The position numbers were made by a program, and so were the translations under genes. 64,000 nt of DNA from the human T2T-CHM13v2.0 reference genome, Homo sapiens: NCBI RefSeq assembly GCF_009914755.1, contig NC_060938.1; one strand, written 5' to 3'. Shown piece after piece: positions 12,454-34,000 of the stretch (positions are counted from its first letter, which is position 1; the number at the start of each line of letters is the position of its first letter). The notes under the pieces are model-generated. The model was not told the origin of the DNA and ran no database searches. It saw only the letters and a list, made by a program, of their open reading frames with translations.

Positions 12454-13674
12454 GAGTTATATATTTTATCTATATATGTATATAGTTTATCTAAAAATAT
12501 TTTTCTCATATATATGTATATATTTTATCTAAGCCAGATTAATTTATATTTATACATTTTATCAGATTTACACCTAGTTATTTTGGGTGCTTTTGGTGCT
12601 AATGTAAAAGATGCTTTGAATTTCAAATTCCAATTGTTTATTGATGGTATGTAGGAAAGTTATTGACTTTAATATATTAACATTGTGTCATGCAATCTTG
12701 CTATTTGTCGTAATTGCTTATTAATTCCAGGAATTTTTTTTCCACATAGACAATCATGTCATATGTGAACAAAGACAGTTTTATTTGTTTCTTCCCAACC
12801 TGTATGCCTTTTGTCTTCTTTTCTGGTCTTACTGCATTGGCTAGGATTTCAGTGTAATGTTGAATAGGTGTGGTGAGAGGGACATCCTGGTTTCATTCCT
12901 TATCTTAGGCAGAAAGCAACTAGTTTCCCACCATTAAGTATGATGTTAGCTGGAAGTTTTTGGTAGATATTCCTTATCAAGCTGAAAAAGTTTTCTTAAA
13001 TTTTTAATTTGCTGAGAGTTTTGATCATGAATAAATGTTGGATTTTTCAAATGCTTTTGCTGCATTTATTGATATGATTTTTCTTCTTTAACCTGATTTT
13101 ATGGATTATATTAATAAATTTTTGAACATTCAATCAGCCTTGCATACCTGCCGTATGGTTGTGATGGATTGATTGATTTCCTCGTATTTTGTTGGAGATT
13201 TTAACACCTGTATTCATGAGATACATTGGTACATGATTTTTCTTTCTTGCAATATCTTCATCTGGTTTTGGTATTAAGGTGATACTGGCCTATTAGAATA
13301 AATTAGTAAGTGTTCCCTCTGCTTCTGTTTTCTGGAAGAGATTGTGAAGAATTGTTATCATTTCTTTCTTAAATGTTTGGTAGAATTCACCAGTGAGACT
13401 ATCTGGGCCTGGTGCTTTGTGTTTTGGAAGGTTATTAATTGCTCATTCAATTTCTTTTTTTTTTTTATTATTATACTTTAAGTTTTAGGGTACATGTGCA
13501 CATTGTGCAGGTTAGTTACATATGTATACATGTGCCATGCTGGTGCGCTGCACCCACTAACTCATCATCTAGCATTAGGTATATCTCCCAATGCTATCCC
13601 TCCCCCCTCCCCCCACCCCACAACAGTCCCCAGACTATGATATTCCCCTTCCTGTGTCCATGTGATTTCATTGT

Positions 13675-17499
<3,825 letters not shown>

Positions 17500-17562
17500 T
17501 ATGATGTTAGCTGGTTACTTTGCTCGTTAGTTGATGCAGTTTCTTCCTAGTCTCGATGGTCT

Positions 17563-18578
17563 TTACATTTTGGCATGATTTTGCAGCGGCTGGTACTGGT
17601 TGTTCCTTTCCATATTTAGTGCTTCCTTCAGGAGCTCTTTTAGGGCAGGCCTGGTGGTGACAAAATCTCTCAGCATTTGCTTGTCTGTAAAGTATTTTAT
17701 TTCTCCTTTGCTTATGAAGCTTAGTTTGGCTGGATATGAAATTCTGGGTTGAAAATTCTTTCCTTTAAGAATGTTGAATATTGGCCCCCACTCTCTTCTG
17801 ACTTGTAGAGTTTCTACTGAGAGATCAGCTGTTAGTCTGATGGGCTTCCCTTTGTGGGTAATGCAACCTTTCTCTCTAGCTGCCCTTAACATTTTTTCCT
17901 TCATTTCGACTTTGGTGAATCTGACAATTATGTGTCTTGGAGTTGCTCTTCTGGAGAAGTATCTTTGTGGCGTTCTCTGTATTTCCTGAATCTGAATGTT
18001 GGCCTGCCTTGCTAGATTGGGGAAGTTCTCCTGGATAATATCCTGCAGCATGTTTTCCAATTTGGTTCCATTCTCCCCATCACTTTCAGGTACACCAATC
18101 AGACGTAGATTTGGTCTTTTCACATAGTCCCATATTTCTTGGAGGCTTTGCTCATTTCTTTTTATTCTTTTTTCTCTAAACTTCCCTTCTCCCTTCATTT
18201 CATTCATTTCATCTTCCATTGCTGATACCCTTTCTTCCAGTTGATCGCATCGGCTCCTGAGGCTTCTGCATTCTTCACGTTGTTCTTGAGCCTTGGTTTT
18301 TGGCTCCATCAGCTCCTTTAAGCACTTCTCTGTATGGTTATTCTAGTTATACATTCTTCTAAATTTTTTTCAAAGTTTTCAACTTCTTTGCCTTTGGTTT
18401 GAATTTCCTCCCGTAGCTCAGAGTAATTTGATCGTCTGAAGCCTTCTTCTCTCAGCTCGTCAAAGTCATTCTCCATCCAGCTTTGTTCCTTTGCTGGTGA
18501 GGAACTGCGTTCCTTTGGAGGAGGAGAGGCGCTCTGCTTTTTAGAGTTTCCAGTTTTTCTGTTCTGTTTTTTCCCCAT
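17563..18578 (-). pseudogene. L1 ORF1, frameshifted
   Basis: MGKKQNRKTGNSK...LQNHAKM, split by a 1-bp deletion near 18335. Confidence 0.97.
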
Positions 18579-19486
18579 CTTTGTGGTTTTATCTACTTTT
18601 GGTCTTTGATGATGGTGATGTACAGATGGGTTTTTGGTGTGGAAGTCCTTTCTGTTTGTTAGTTTTCCTTCTAACAGACAGGACCCTCAGCTGCAGGTCT
18701 GTTGGAATACCCTGCCGTGTGAGGTGTCAGTGTGCCCCTGCTCGGGGGGTGCCTCCCAGTTAGACTGCTCGGGGGTCAGGGGTCAGGGACCCCCTTGAGG
18801 AGGCAGTCTGCCCATTCTCAGATCTCCAGCTGCATGCTGGGAGAACCACTGCTCTCTTCAAAGCTGTCAGACAGGGACATTTAAGTCTGCAGAAGTTACT
18901 GCTGTCTTTTTGTTTGTCTGTGCCCTGCCCCCAGAGATGGAGCCTACAGAGGCAGGCAGGCCTCCTTGAGCTGTGGTGGGCTCCACCCAGTTTGAGCTTC
19001 CCGGCTGCTTTGTTTACCTAAGCAAGCCTGGGCAATGGCGGGCTCCCCTCCCCCAGCCTCGCTGCCGCCTTGCAGTTTGATCTCAGACTGCTGTGCTAGC
19101 AATCAGCGAGACTCCATAGGCATAGGACCCTCCGAGCCAGGTGTGGGATATAATCTCGTGGTGCGCCGTTTTTTAAGCCTGTCGGAAAAGCGCAGTATTC
19201 GGGTGGGAGTGACCCGATTTTCCAGGTGCTGTCCGTCACCCCTTTCTTTGACTCGGAAAGGGAACTCCCTGACCCCTTGGGCTTCCCAAGTGATGCAATG
19301 CCTCGCCCTGCTTCGGCTAGCGTGCAGTGTGTGCACCCACTGACCTGTGCCCACTGTCTGGCACTCCCTAGTGAGATGAACCCGGTACCTCAGATGGAAA
19401 TGCAGAAATCACCTGTCTTCTGCCTTGCTCACGCTGGTAGCTGTAGACCGGAGCTGTTCCTATTCGGCCATCTTGGCTCCTCCCCC
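18579..19486 (-). promoter_or_regulatory. L1 5'UTR: internal sense promoter plus antisense promoter (the latter fires on the + strand)
   Basis: YY1 site CAAGATGGCC intact at the 5' end. Residual CpGs. The position is standard for the L1 antisense promoter. Confidence 0.75.
19035..19343 (+). CDS. L1 ORF0 (antisense ORF), open for 102 aa; expression unknown
   Basis: MAGSPPPASLPPCSLISDCCASNQRDS... matches the primate L1 ORF0 N-terminus. Context gcaATGg. Confidence 0.6.
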   Translation: MAGSPPPASLPPCSLISDCCASNQRDSIGIGPSEPGVGYNLVVRRFLSLSEKRSIRVGVTRFSRCCPSPLSLTRKGNSLTPWASQVMQCLALLRLACSVCTH

Positions 19487-20643
19487 CATTCAATTTCTTT
19501 AATAGATTCAGGCCTATTCAGATGGTCTGTTTCTCCTTGTATGAGTTTTTATAGATCTTTTGAGGAATTAGCCCATTTTATCTAAATATTATCACGTTGT
19601 GGGCATAGAGTTGTTTAAAATAGTCTTTATTATCCTTTTATTGGCCATGGGGTCAGTAGTAATGTCTCCTCTTTCATTTCTGATACTAATATTTTATTTT
19701 TACATTGTTAGCCTGGCTAAGGGTTTATCAATTAGATTGCTCTATTTTTGGTTTTGTTGATTTTCTTATTTCTTCCCCTTTTTCAATTTTGTTAATTTCC
19801 ACTCTAATTTTTATTAGCTCTTTTCTTCTGCTTGCTTTAAGGTTATATAACTCTTTCTCTAGTTATCTAATGTGTAGGCTTAGGTTACTGATTTTAGGTC
19901 TTTCTTCTTTTCTAATATGTAAATTCAGTATTACAAATTTCCCTCTAGACATTGTTCTTGCTGCATTCTGCACATTTTGATAAATTGTATTTTTATTTTC
20001 ATTTATTTTTTAATTTTCTTGAAACTTCTTCTTTGACCCATGTGTTATTTAAAAGTGTGTTGTTTAATCTCCAAATATTTGACATCCATCTCGATATTTT
20101 TATTGATTTCTATTTTAATTCAATTGTGGTCTAAGAGCATACTTTGTATGATTTCTATTCTTTAAATTATTACAGATGTTTTTATGGCCCAGAATGTGGT
20201 CTATCTTGGTGAATGTTCCCTGTGAGTTTGATAAGAATGTTTATTCTGCTGTGGTTGGGGAAGTGTTCTAAAAATGTCAATTAAATCCAGTTGACTGACA
20301 GTGCTGTTCAGTTCAACTATATTCTTACACTGATTTTCTGCTTGCTGGATCTGTGCATTACAGATAAAATCTCCAACTATAATTGTGGATTCATCTACTT
20401 TGCCTTATACTTCTGTAAGTTTTGCATAATGTATTCTGGTTCTCTGAATACACATTAATTATTATGTCTTTTTGGAGAATTGACACTTTTATTAATATAT
20501 AACACTCTTCTTTATCCCTGATAAATTTCCTTGCCTTGATTCTGCTTTATCTGAAATCAACGTAGCTTCTTCAGCTTTCTTTTGACTGGTGTTAATATGG
20601 TACATCTTTCTCCATCCCTTTACTTTTAATCTGCATTTCTACA

Positions 20644-20866
20644 CAAGCTGTGTATCCCTTATCCAAAATGCTTAGGACCAAAAGTTTTTCAGATTTCAGA
20701 CTTTTTTGGACTTTGGAATATTTGTATTATATTTACAGGTTGAACATCCCTAATCTGAAAATCTCTCCAGTGAGCATTTCCTTTGATCATCATGTCAGTG
20801 CTCAAAAGATGTTGGATTTTGGCACACTTTTGATTTTGGATTTTCAAATTAGGGATGCTCAACCTG
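20644..20866. mobile_element. MER46/Tigger4-derived MITE
   Basis: caagctgtgtatcccttatccaaaatgctt...caggttgaacatccctaatctgaaa...ttagggatgctcaacctg. TIRs and decayed TA flanks. Confidence 0.85.
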
Positions 20867-20955
20867 TGTCTAAAGTATGATTATTGTTGGGTCTTGTTTT
20901 CAATCCACTCTGATAGCCTTTGTCTTTTAACTGGTATATTTAGGTCATTTAGATC

Positions 20956-21331
20956 TACTATGGTCTGCATGTTTATGTCCCCTCAAAATTCATGTTTTGA
21001 AATGCTACCCTCCAAGATGATAGTATTAGGAGGTGGGACTTTTGGAAGGTTGTTGAGTTATGAGGGTAGAGCCCTCATGAATGGTATTATTGCCTTTATA
21101 AAGAGGCCCAAGGCACTTTGTTCACAACTTTCACCACATGAGGACCCTGAAACAAGGTACCCTGAAACAAGGTACCATCTATAAACCAAAAAGTGTGCTC
21201 GCACCAGATATTGAATCTGTTGGTGACTTGATTGTGGACTTCCCAGACTCCAGAACAGTAAGAAATAAACTTCTGTTTTATGAAATACTCAGTTTATAGT
21301 ATTTTGTTATAGCAGCCTGAAGGGACTGACA
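20956..21331 (+). mobile_element. MaLR LTR (MSTD/MLT1A-like)
   Basis: tactatggtctgcatgtttatgtcccctcaaaattc...gagccctcatgaatgg...attttgttatagcagcctga. Contains a 16-bp tandem duplication, accctgaaacaaggt. Confidence 0.9.
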
Positions 21332-23094
21332 TCTAAAGTGATTATTGATACAGTTAAATACCTGCCACATTTTAAATTGTTTTCTATTTGTTTCACTTTT
21401 GAAAAATCTTCCCTTTTTCTAACTTCTTTGATTTTAATTGAGCATTTTATATGATTCCATTTTCCCTCCTTTCTTAGAAATCGATTAAAAAATTTTTAGG
21501 CCTTGACCTAGAGTTTTCAATATATATTTACAAATAATCTAAGTTCACTATCAAATAATAGTATGTAGCTTCATGGGAAGTGCAAATACATTATAACAAA
21601 ATCTTCCCAATGTCTTCTCATTCCTTATAACATTGGTGCATTTATTCTATTTATTCGGAAGCTATATATGTTGTTGATATTATTTTGAACAAACAATTAT
21701 ATATTACATAAGATATGAATAAGAAAGGTATTTTTTTAAAAAAAACCTTCCTTTATACCTTCTTTAACACTCTTCCTTTGTTCATGTAAATGCAAGTTTC
21801 TCACCTATATCATTTTTCTTCTCCCTGAAGAAATTTTCACATTTCTTGCAAGGCAAATAAATCTATTGCTGACAAATTTCCTCAGTTTTTGTTTGTATGA
21901 AAAAGCCTTTATAATTTTTTCACTTTTGAAGGATATTTTCACTGGATATAGAAATCTCGGTTGGTGGTCTTTTTCTTTCAACACTTTAAATACTTCATTC
22001 CACTCTTCTCTTGCTTGCATGGTTTCTGAAGAGAGTTCCAATATAACTCTATCCTTGTTCCTCTGTAGGTAAGGTATTACCCCCCCGCCCCTGCCCTCTG
22101 GCTTTTTTCAAGATGTTTTGTTTTTGGTTTCCTACAGTTGGGATATCATATGCCTAAATTTTGGGTATTCGTTCCCTTGGTATTCTCTGAGCTTTCTCGA
22201 TCTTTGGCTTGGTGTTTCTTATTAATTGTGGAAAATTATGATACGTTATTACTTCTAATATTTCTTTTGCCTCTTTCATTCTTCTCCTAGTATTCCCATT
22301 ATATGTATGTTGTACCTTTTGTCTTGTCCCACAGTTCTTGGATGTTCTGGCCTATTATCTTATGATAATCTTATATTATTTTGTGATTAAAATATCTCTC
22401 TCCTTTCTCTTCTCTTTGGTGGGCTATACTCCCTGGGTTGTGACTTTTAGAAGAATTTCTTAGCCTTTTTCTCCCCTATGCTTATGTGAGACTGAAATTG
22501 AGGCTGGAGTTAGCTAATTGACCTTCCATCAGGTCAGATAAGGCTGTGGTAGTTTCCCTGAGAGCCAGCCTTTGTTATAGAGGACAGAATGAAGACCAGA
22601 ATGCTCTGGGCATATTTCAAAATGGATACTTTTCCCTTGAGTACATTTCAAAATTATTATTTTTACCTGTCTTTGCTGGAAGCAAGAGGGAATTTTTCTC
22701 AGATGTTCACTGTGATAAACTGGTGGGTCTTTTGGAGGGAAAACTCATGAAAATGATTTTTCATTTCATTGTGATTTGTAACTGCAATGCTCTGATGGAT
22801 CTAAGAAGATTTGTTGATTTTCAAATTTTCAGCCCTCTTGTTGTGAGGACAGGAATGATGACTTGCAAACTCTTTACATGTCAGAGTGGAAATCATAAGT
22901 CTTCTCTGTGGATTTTAGATATAAATATAAAAGGTAAAATAGTAGAATTTCTACAATATTACATACAAATATATCTTCATGATTTGAGATAGACAAGTTT
23001 TTTGAAGGTAAAAAAATGCTAAAGAAAAAAATGAATAAATTGGACTTTATTAAAATAAAAAAAAAACTTTTTTTCATCAAAAGACATCAAGAAA

Positions 23095-23258
23095 AGCCAG
23101 GAATGGTGGCACACACCTGTAGTCCTAGCTACTCAGGAGGCTGAGGTGGGAGGATTGCTTGAGCCCAGGAATTTGAGTCTACAGTGTGCTACAATTGCAC
23201 TTGTGAATAGCCACTGCACTCTAGCCTGGGCAACATAATGAGATCCCATCAAAAAAAG
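23095..23258 (+). mobile_element. FAM (fossil Alu monomer)
   Basis: Monomer with the FAM/7SL-type segment gcacttgtgaatagccactgcactc. Degenerate TSD aaaagacatcaagaa / aaaaggcatcaaaa. Confidence 0.85.
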
Positions 23259-23401
23259 GCATCAAAATAGTGAAAATAAAACCACAGAGTAGGTAAAGAT
23301 ATTCACAATACAAATAAGAACTTAATATTCAGTATTTTAAAACATCTATGTCAAAGGGCTTGTATTCAGAATATGAGAACTACGACAACAACAACAAAAC
23401 G

Positions 23402-24120
<719 letters not shown>

Positions 24121-24569
24121 ACAATATCCAAATAACCATTGAGCCTATGAAAACATTAGCCGTGAGGGAATCACAAATTCAAATCCTAACTCTACGCATC
24201 CATCAGAATGGCAAATTTAGAAATCAAAACAATAAAAATCCATAGTGTTGACACGATGTTGACACCCACAGTGTTAAGCAATGGAAACTCTCACTTACTA
24301 CTAATAGGAGATTATTTGTACAACCACTTTGGAACATTCTTTGGCAGTATCTGTTAACGCTAAAACATGTATTCTTTGACCCCCAAAATTCACTCCTAGG
24401 TTTACACCCAACAGAAACGCATCTATATGTGCACCAGAAGACACATTCGAGAATGTCCATAGCAGTATAATTTATAATAGTAGAAACATTCAGATTCTAA
24501 TAAGAGTGGAAATGGATAAATAAATCTTGTTATATTTGTACATGGAATATTACATAATAAAAATAAACA

Positions 24570-24866
24570 AGCCAGACATGGTGCCTCACCTGTAATTCCA
24601 GTGCCTTGGGAGGCCAAGGTGGGAAGATTGTTCAAGCCCTGGAGTTTGAGAACAGCTTGGGCAACGTGTCGAGACTCCATCTCTCCAAAAAAATACAAAA
24701 ATTAGCCAGTTGTGATGGTGTATGCCTGTGATCCCAGCTACTTGGGAAGCTGAGGTGGTATGGGTCACCTGAGCCTGGGAGGTCGAGCCTGCAAGTGAAT
24801 TGAGTTGGTGCCACTGCACTCCAGCCTGGGTGACACAGTGGGACCCTGTCTCGAAAAAAAAAAAAA
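24570..24866 (+). mobile_element. AluJ
   Basis: Diverged dimeric Alu with J-type features (gagcctgggaggtcgag, gggaccctgtctc). Confidence 0.92.
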
Positions 24867-25334
24867 ACTACTGCTACAATATTAAGTGAGCGGAGACAGA
24901 ATCTAAAGAAAACATGTTGTATGATTCTGTTTATGTAAAATTAAAACACAGGCACAAATAGTCAATGCCATTAGAATAGTGGTTACCTTCAAGGAGATAA
25001 CGAGTGGGAGGGGACACCATGAGGGCTTCTGGTGAGTGATCTGGGTGGTAGTTACATGGAGTTTACTTTGTAAAAATTAATGAAGCTGTTAACTTATGTA
25101 CATTATTACTTCAATATGAAACTTACTTTAAAAAACAGGTTATATAATAATACGTACCCTCCAAAATTATGCACACATTATCACAAACATGCTGAAAAGA
25201 TACCAAAATGTTAATGGTGAATATCAATGAGTAGTGAGATTTTCATTTTTGTGATTTTGTTGTATTTTTCAAATTTACTTCAATGAACCAAATTACTGTT
25301 GTGATTAGAAAATATCATTAAATATTACTTACTA

Positions 25335-25610
25335 TCACTCTAGGAACTGTGTGAAAGATGGGTTGGGGAGAGGTAAGACAGGAATGTCAGGAGGCGTTGG
25401 TAACAGCCACGTGAGAGGGGATGAGGGTCTGACTGGGGTTGTGTGGTTAGGGAGGTGGTGCATTATGTTGAAATCAGGAGCACAAGAGGAGTAGAGGCCT
25501 CTCTCTCTTTCCTCTTTCTCTCTCTGGGGGAGGGGCAAGGAGCTGGGGAAGTTCAGTTTTAAACATGTTAGGATTGGGTTCCCTTTGGGATATCCAAGTA
25601 GAGATGTCTG
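25335..25610 (-). mobile_element. L2 fragment
   Basis: gaagttcagttttaaacatgttagg...ctttgggatatccaagtagagatgtc. Confidence 0.6.
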
Positions 25611-27417
25611 TAAATAATTTTAATTGTTATGTAAAATGTCTAATTTCAACATTACCATTTGATATGACCCAGTCTGAATACATTGAGTCACCAAATGAAG
25701 GAATTTTTTCTGTGACATCTTCCCTTCTTGGCCCCATGCATTCACAAATTAGTTCTTTATATCATATAAATGAGAAAACAGTGCCCTGATGAGTATTATA
25801 TTCTCTGCTGGAGCTTTTTCTCCTTTAAGGTGAGTTTTCATGGCACAAATTACACCTCAGGAAAAAGGCACAACTTCTTGCAAGACAATGACTAAATTTT
25901 AGAAGATGAAGATTAAATGGCCAAAGAGCTATAATTACCTCATTATTAAAGATTCTAACATTCAAAAACCAAAGAATTCACTATTGAAACTCCAAGGTAG
26001 TTAAGTGACTGATAATTATTTTTCTTCCTTATCTGTATACCTAATGTAAATCAGGGAAAAGAAATTGAGATAGAAAAAAGTCTTAATAACAATTTTGAGG
26101 TTCCACAGTAAAAACTTTATCAAGAAAACCTAGTTAGATGATGATATACATACTACTATAGGTGTATAAGTAGCTGGTTGCTACCCCCATGCTCCAAGAG
26201 TTCACAAGTGGTTCTTTAATGCATACACTCTTTATTTTGTATTTATTAGAGTATATTTTATATATACATATATAATAGCTTATTTTATACACTCACGGTC
26301 TTTAAATTATAATCATTTGCAGCATAAGAGAGTCTTAGTTAGAAGGTTGTCCTTAGATGACACAAGAGTAAATGATACAGTAATAATGGAAGACCAAATT
26401 TCAACCGATCTGCGCAACTGAGTCTGCCAAATCTTGCTAAATTTGCTTGATTGAAAATTTCTTCCTCTCTTTCTCTGTGTCCCGTACAATTTCACAAAAT
26501 AATCCTAAGATTTGGATGCCCATGTGCTGGCAGTATCTTTTAGTGGTTGGTTGTTAAGTTTGATCATATAACCAAATTGGTGAAAGGGATTTATATATAT
26601 ATGTATATATTTAATATTCATATTGAGAAAAGCACAAAGTCATTTCCATTTTCTTAACCTAATAAAATGTAGCTCTCCTTTGGGTTATTGTTCATTCAAT
26701 AATATAGACTGGACTTTCACATTAGCAGAAATGTTACTGCATCCAATAGATTGTATCTTACTATTCTCTGTCCTTTCCAAAATCATGCTCTGCATGAAAC
26801 TTTTGGTTTATGGGGGTTTCCCCTCATGACAGTACCAACTTGAATGTGTTCTGTAAAATGTCACATTGTCCAAAACTGGTTTTTCTAGCTTTTGTGAAGA
26901 TTATATGGTCTGTGGGTTCTGCCTGGTAAGTTTTTGTACATCACCGTACGTCTCTGCTCATGGTGAGCATTGCAGACTGAGAACAGCTCTACCTTTGGTG
27001 GTTGTTTTATGTTTCCTCAGTGACTGATTTTTATTAGTTTCAAAAGATAACAATATATGCATGCACACACGCTGATGTTTCTGAAGGGCATTGTGATGAA
27101 AGATTAGAATGCTTTTTGCCTTCCTCCTGATCAAACAGTGGGTCTTAGGGAGTATGGGTACATTTACTTTGTCACCAAAGAGAATAAAATCTGTTGACAT
27201 TGTTACTTGTCACTCATCTTCATTCATTCCTTTTTCTTTTTCAAATTATACTCTAAGTTCTGGGATACACGTGCAGAATGTGCAGGTTTGTTGCACCCAT
27301 CCGCCCGTCATCTACATTAGGTATTTCTCCTAATGGTATCTCTCCCCTAGCCCCCAACCCCTTGACGGGCCCCAGTGTGTGATGTTTCCCCTCCCTGTGT
27401 CCATGTGTTCTCATTGT

Positions 27418-31061
<3,644 letters not shown>

Positions 31062-31124
31062 TATGATGCTAGCTGGTTATTTTGCCCATTAATTGATGCA
31101 GTTTCTTCATAGTGTCGATGGTCT

Positions 31125-32142
31125 TTACTATTTGGTATGTTTTTGCAGTGGCTGGTATCTGTTGTTCCTTATCATGTTTTGTACTTCCTTCAGGAGCTCT
31201 TGTAAGGCAGACCTGGTGGTGACAAAATCTCTCAGCATTTGCTTGTCTGTAAAGGATTTTATGTCTCCTTCATTTACGAAGCTTAGTTTGGCTAGATATG
31301 AAATTCTGGGTTGAAAATTATTTTAAGAATGTTGAATATTGGCCCCCACTCTCTTCAGGTTTGTAGGGTTTCTGCCAAGACATCCACTTTTAGTCTGATG
31401 GGCTTCCCTTTGTAGGTAACCTGACCTTTCTCTCTGGCTGCCCTTAAGATTTTTTCCTTCATTTCAACCTTGGTGAATCTGACAATTATATGTCTTGGGG
31501 GTTGCTCTTCTTGAAGAGTATCTTTGTGGTGTTCTCTGTATTTCCTGAATTTGAATGTTGGCCTGTCTTGCTAGGTTGGGGGAGTTCTCCTGGATAATAT
31601 CCTGAAGAGTGTTTTCCAACTTGGTTTTATTCTCCCCATCACTTTCAGGTATGCCAATCAGACATAGATTTGGTCTTTTCATATAGTCCCATATTTCTTG
31701 GAGGCTTTGTTCATTCCTTTTTATTCTTTTTTCTTTAATTTTGTCTTCATGCTTTATTTCATTAAGTTGATCTTCAATCTGTGATATCTTTCTTCCACTT
31801 GATTCAGCTATTGATACTTGTGTATGCTTCATGAAGTTCTCGTGCTGTGTTTTTCAGCTCCATCATGTCATTTATGTTCTTCTCTAAACTGGTTATTCTA
31901 GTTAGCGATTAGTCTAATCTTTTTTCAAGGTTCTTAGCTTCCTTGCATTGGGTTAGAACATGGTCCTTTAGCTTCGAGGAGTTTGTTATTACCCACCTTC
32001 TGAAGCCTATTTCTGTCAATTTGTCAAGCTCATTCTCTGTCTGCTTTTGTTCCCTTGCTGGCGAGGAGTTGTGATCCTTTGGAGGAGGTGAGGCATTCTG
32101 GTGTTAGAAATTTTCAGTCTTTTTGTGCTGGTTTTTCCTCAT
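31125..32142 (-). pseudogene. L1 ORF1 relic
   Basis: Fragment IKRNEQSLQEIWDYMKRPNL...QEIQRTPQRYSSRRATP (31464-31832). Confidence 0.93.
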
Positions 32143-33889
32143 CTTTGTGGATTTATCTACCTTTGGTCTTTGATGCTGGTGACTTTTGGATGGGGTTTTC
32201 TGTGTCTGGACATCCTTTTTGTTGATGTTGATGCTATTTCTTTCTGTTTGTTAGTTTTCCTTCTGACAGACCACTCTGCTGCAGGTCTGCTGGAGTTTGC
32301 TGGAGGTCCACTCCAGGCCCCTTTTGCCTGGGTATCTCCAGTAGAGGCTACAGAACAGTAAAGATTGCTGCCTGTTCCTTCCTCTGGAAGCTTTGTCCCA
32401 GAGGGGCACCCGCCAGATGCCAGCTGGAGCTCTCCTGTATGAAGTGTCTGTCCACCCCGGCTGGGAGGTGTCTCTCAGTCAGGAGACATGGGGGTCAGGG
32501 ACCCATTTGAGGAGGCAGTCTGACCCTTAGCAGAGCTTGAACGCTGTGCTGGAAGATCCACTGCTTTCTTCAGAGCCATCAGGTAGGCACATTTAAGTCT
32601 GCTGAAGTTGCACCCGCAACCACCCCTTCCCCCACGTGCCCTGTCCCAGGGTTATGAGCCGCTGATTTGGGCTGCTGCCTTTCTTTCAGAGATGCCCTGC
32701 CCAGAGAGGAGAAATCTGGAGACGCAGTCTGGCTGCAGTGGCTTTGCGGAGCTGCGGTGGGCGTCTCCAAGTTCGAACTTGCTGGCAGCTTTGTTTACAC
32801 CGTGAGGGTAAAACCGCCTACTCACACCTCAGTAATGGCAGATGCCCCTCCCCTCACCAAGCTCGAGTGTCCCAGGTCAACTTCAGACTGCTGTGCTGGC
32901 ACTGAGAATTTCAAGCCAGTGGATGTTAGCTTGCTGGACTCTGTGGGGGTGGGATCGGCTGAGCAAGACAACTTGGCTCCCTGGCTTCAGCCCTCTTTCC
33001 AGGGGAGTGAACAGTTCTGTCTCACTGGCGTTCCAGGAGCTGCTGGGGTATGGAAAAAAAAAAAAAAAAAACTCCTGCAGCCAGCTCAGTGTCTGCCTAA
33101 ATGGCTGCCCGGTTTTGTGCTTGAAACCTAGGTCCCTTGTGGTGTAGGCACTGGAGGGAATCTCCTGGTCTGCGGGTTGGAAAGACTATGGAAAAGCATA
33201 GTATCTGGGTCAAAGTGCACCCTTCCTCATGGCACAGTCCCTCTGGGCTTCCCTTGGCTAGGGGAGGGAGTTCCCCGACCCCGTGCGCTTCCTGGGTGAG
33301 GCGACGCCCCACCCTGCTTTGGCTCGCCCTCCGTGGGCTGCACCCACTGTCTCACCAGTCCCAATGAGATTAACTGGGTACCTCAGTTGGAAATGCAGAA
33401 ATCACTTACCTTTTGCATTAATCTCCCTGGGAGCTGTAGACTGGAGCTGCTCCTATTCGGCCATTTTGCCTGCAATCCAGGATTTATATTTTTAGAGAGT
33501 CAGTCCATGATAGATTACCTTGTAGTTTTGTGGAGAGGATGTTATCATCGTTCCTGATTTAGGGGAAAATGCTAAGAAAATAAGTGATTTTCAAAACCTT
33601 GCCATGATTCCATCAGTAATGGAGTTTGCACTGGTACTGGGAACCTCCAGGTATTGACTTGAGACCACATGCTTATATGGTGTCAGTTCTCTTCAACGGA
33701 AGTGTTTTTAAGCTTTCCAAAATTTCCATAAAAACAAAAATGGATGGTAGTCTTTTTTCTTTTTGAAGAAAATTTTAGCTATCTTTACATAATAGCTGCT
33801 TAAGAACTGAAAAATAAAGCAAGGTTAAAATCTGAAGCAAGAGTACTTGTCTCAGGTTCTGTTATATAAATTAAGTGAAAAAAAAAAAT

Positions 33890-34000
33890 AGCCATGGTAG
33901 GTGGTACACACCTACATAGAAGGCTGAGGCAGGAGGATTACTTGAGCCTAGGGGTCTGAAGCCAGCTGGGGCAATATAGCAAGAGTCCATCTCTAAAAAC
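33890..34000 (+). mobile_element. FLAM-type Alu monomer
   Basis: aggctgaggcaggaggattacttgagcctagg...gggcaatatagcaagagtccatctct. Confidence 0.85.

Noticed and set aside
22546-22992. 148-aa ORF (also 46991-47389, 44036-44242, 63462-63671)
   Set aside because: No recognisable domain or convincing exon structure. They lie in old repeat or AT-rich DNA at lengths expected by chance.
26587-26596. ggatttatat as a distant TSD of the L1PA7 (matches 33480-33489), implying a transduction of about 640 bp
   Set aside because: Only 10 low-complexity bases, with no poly(T) tract or poly(A) signal next to it.
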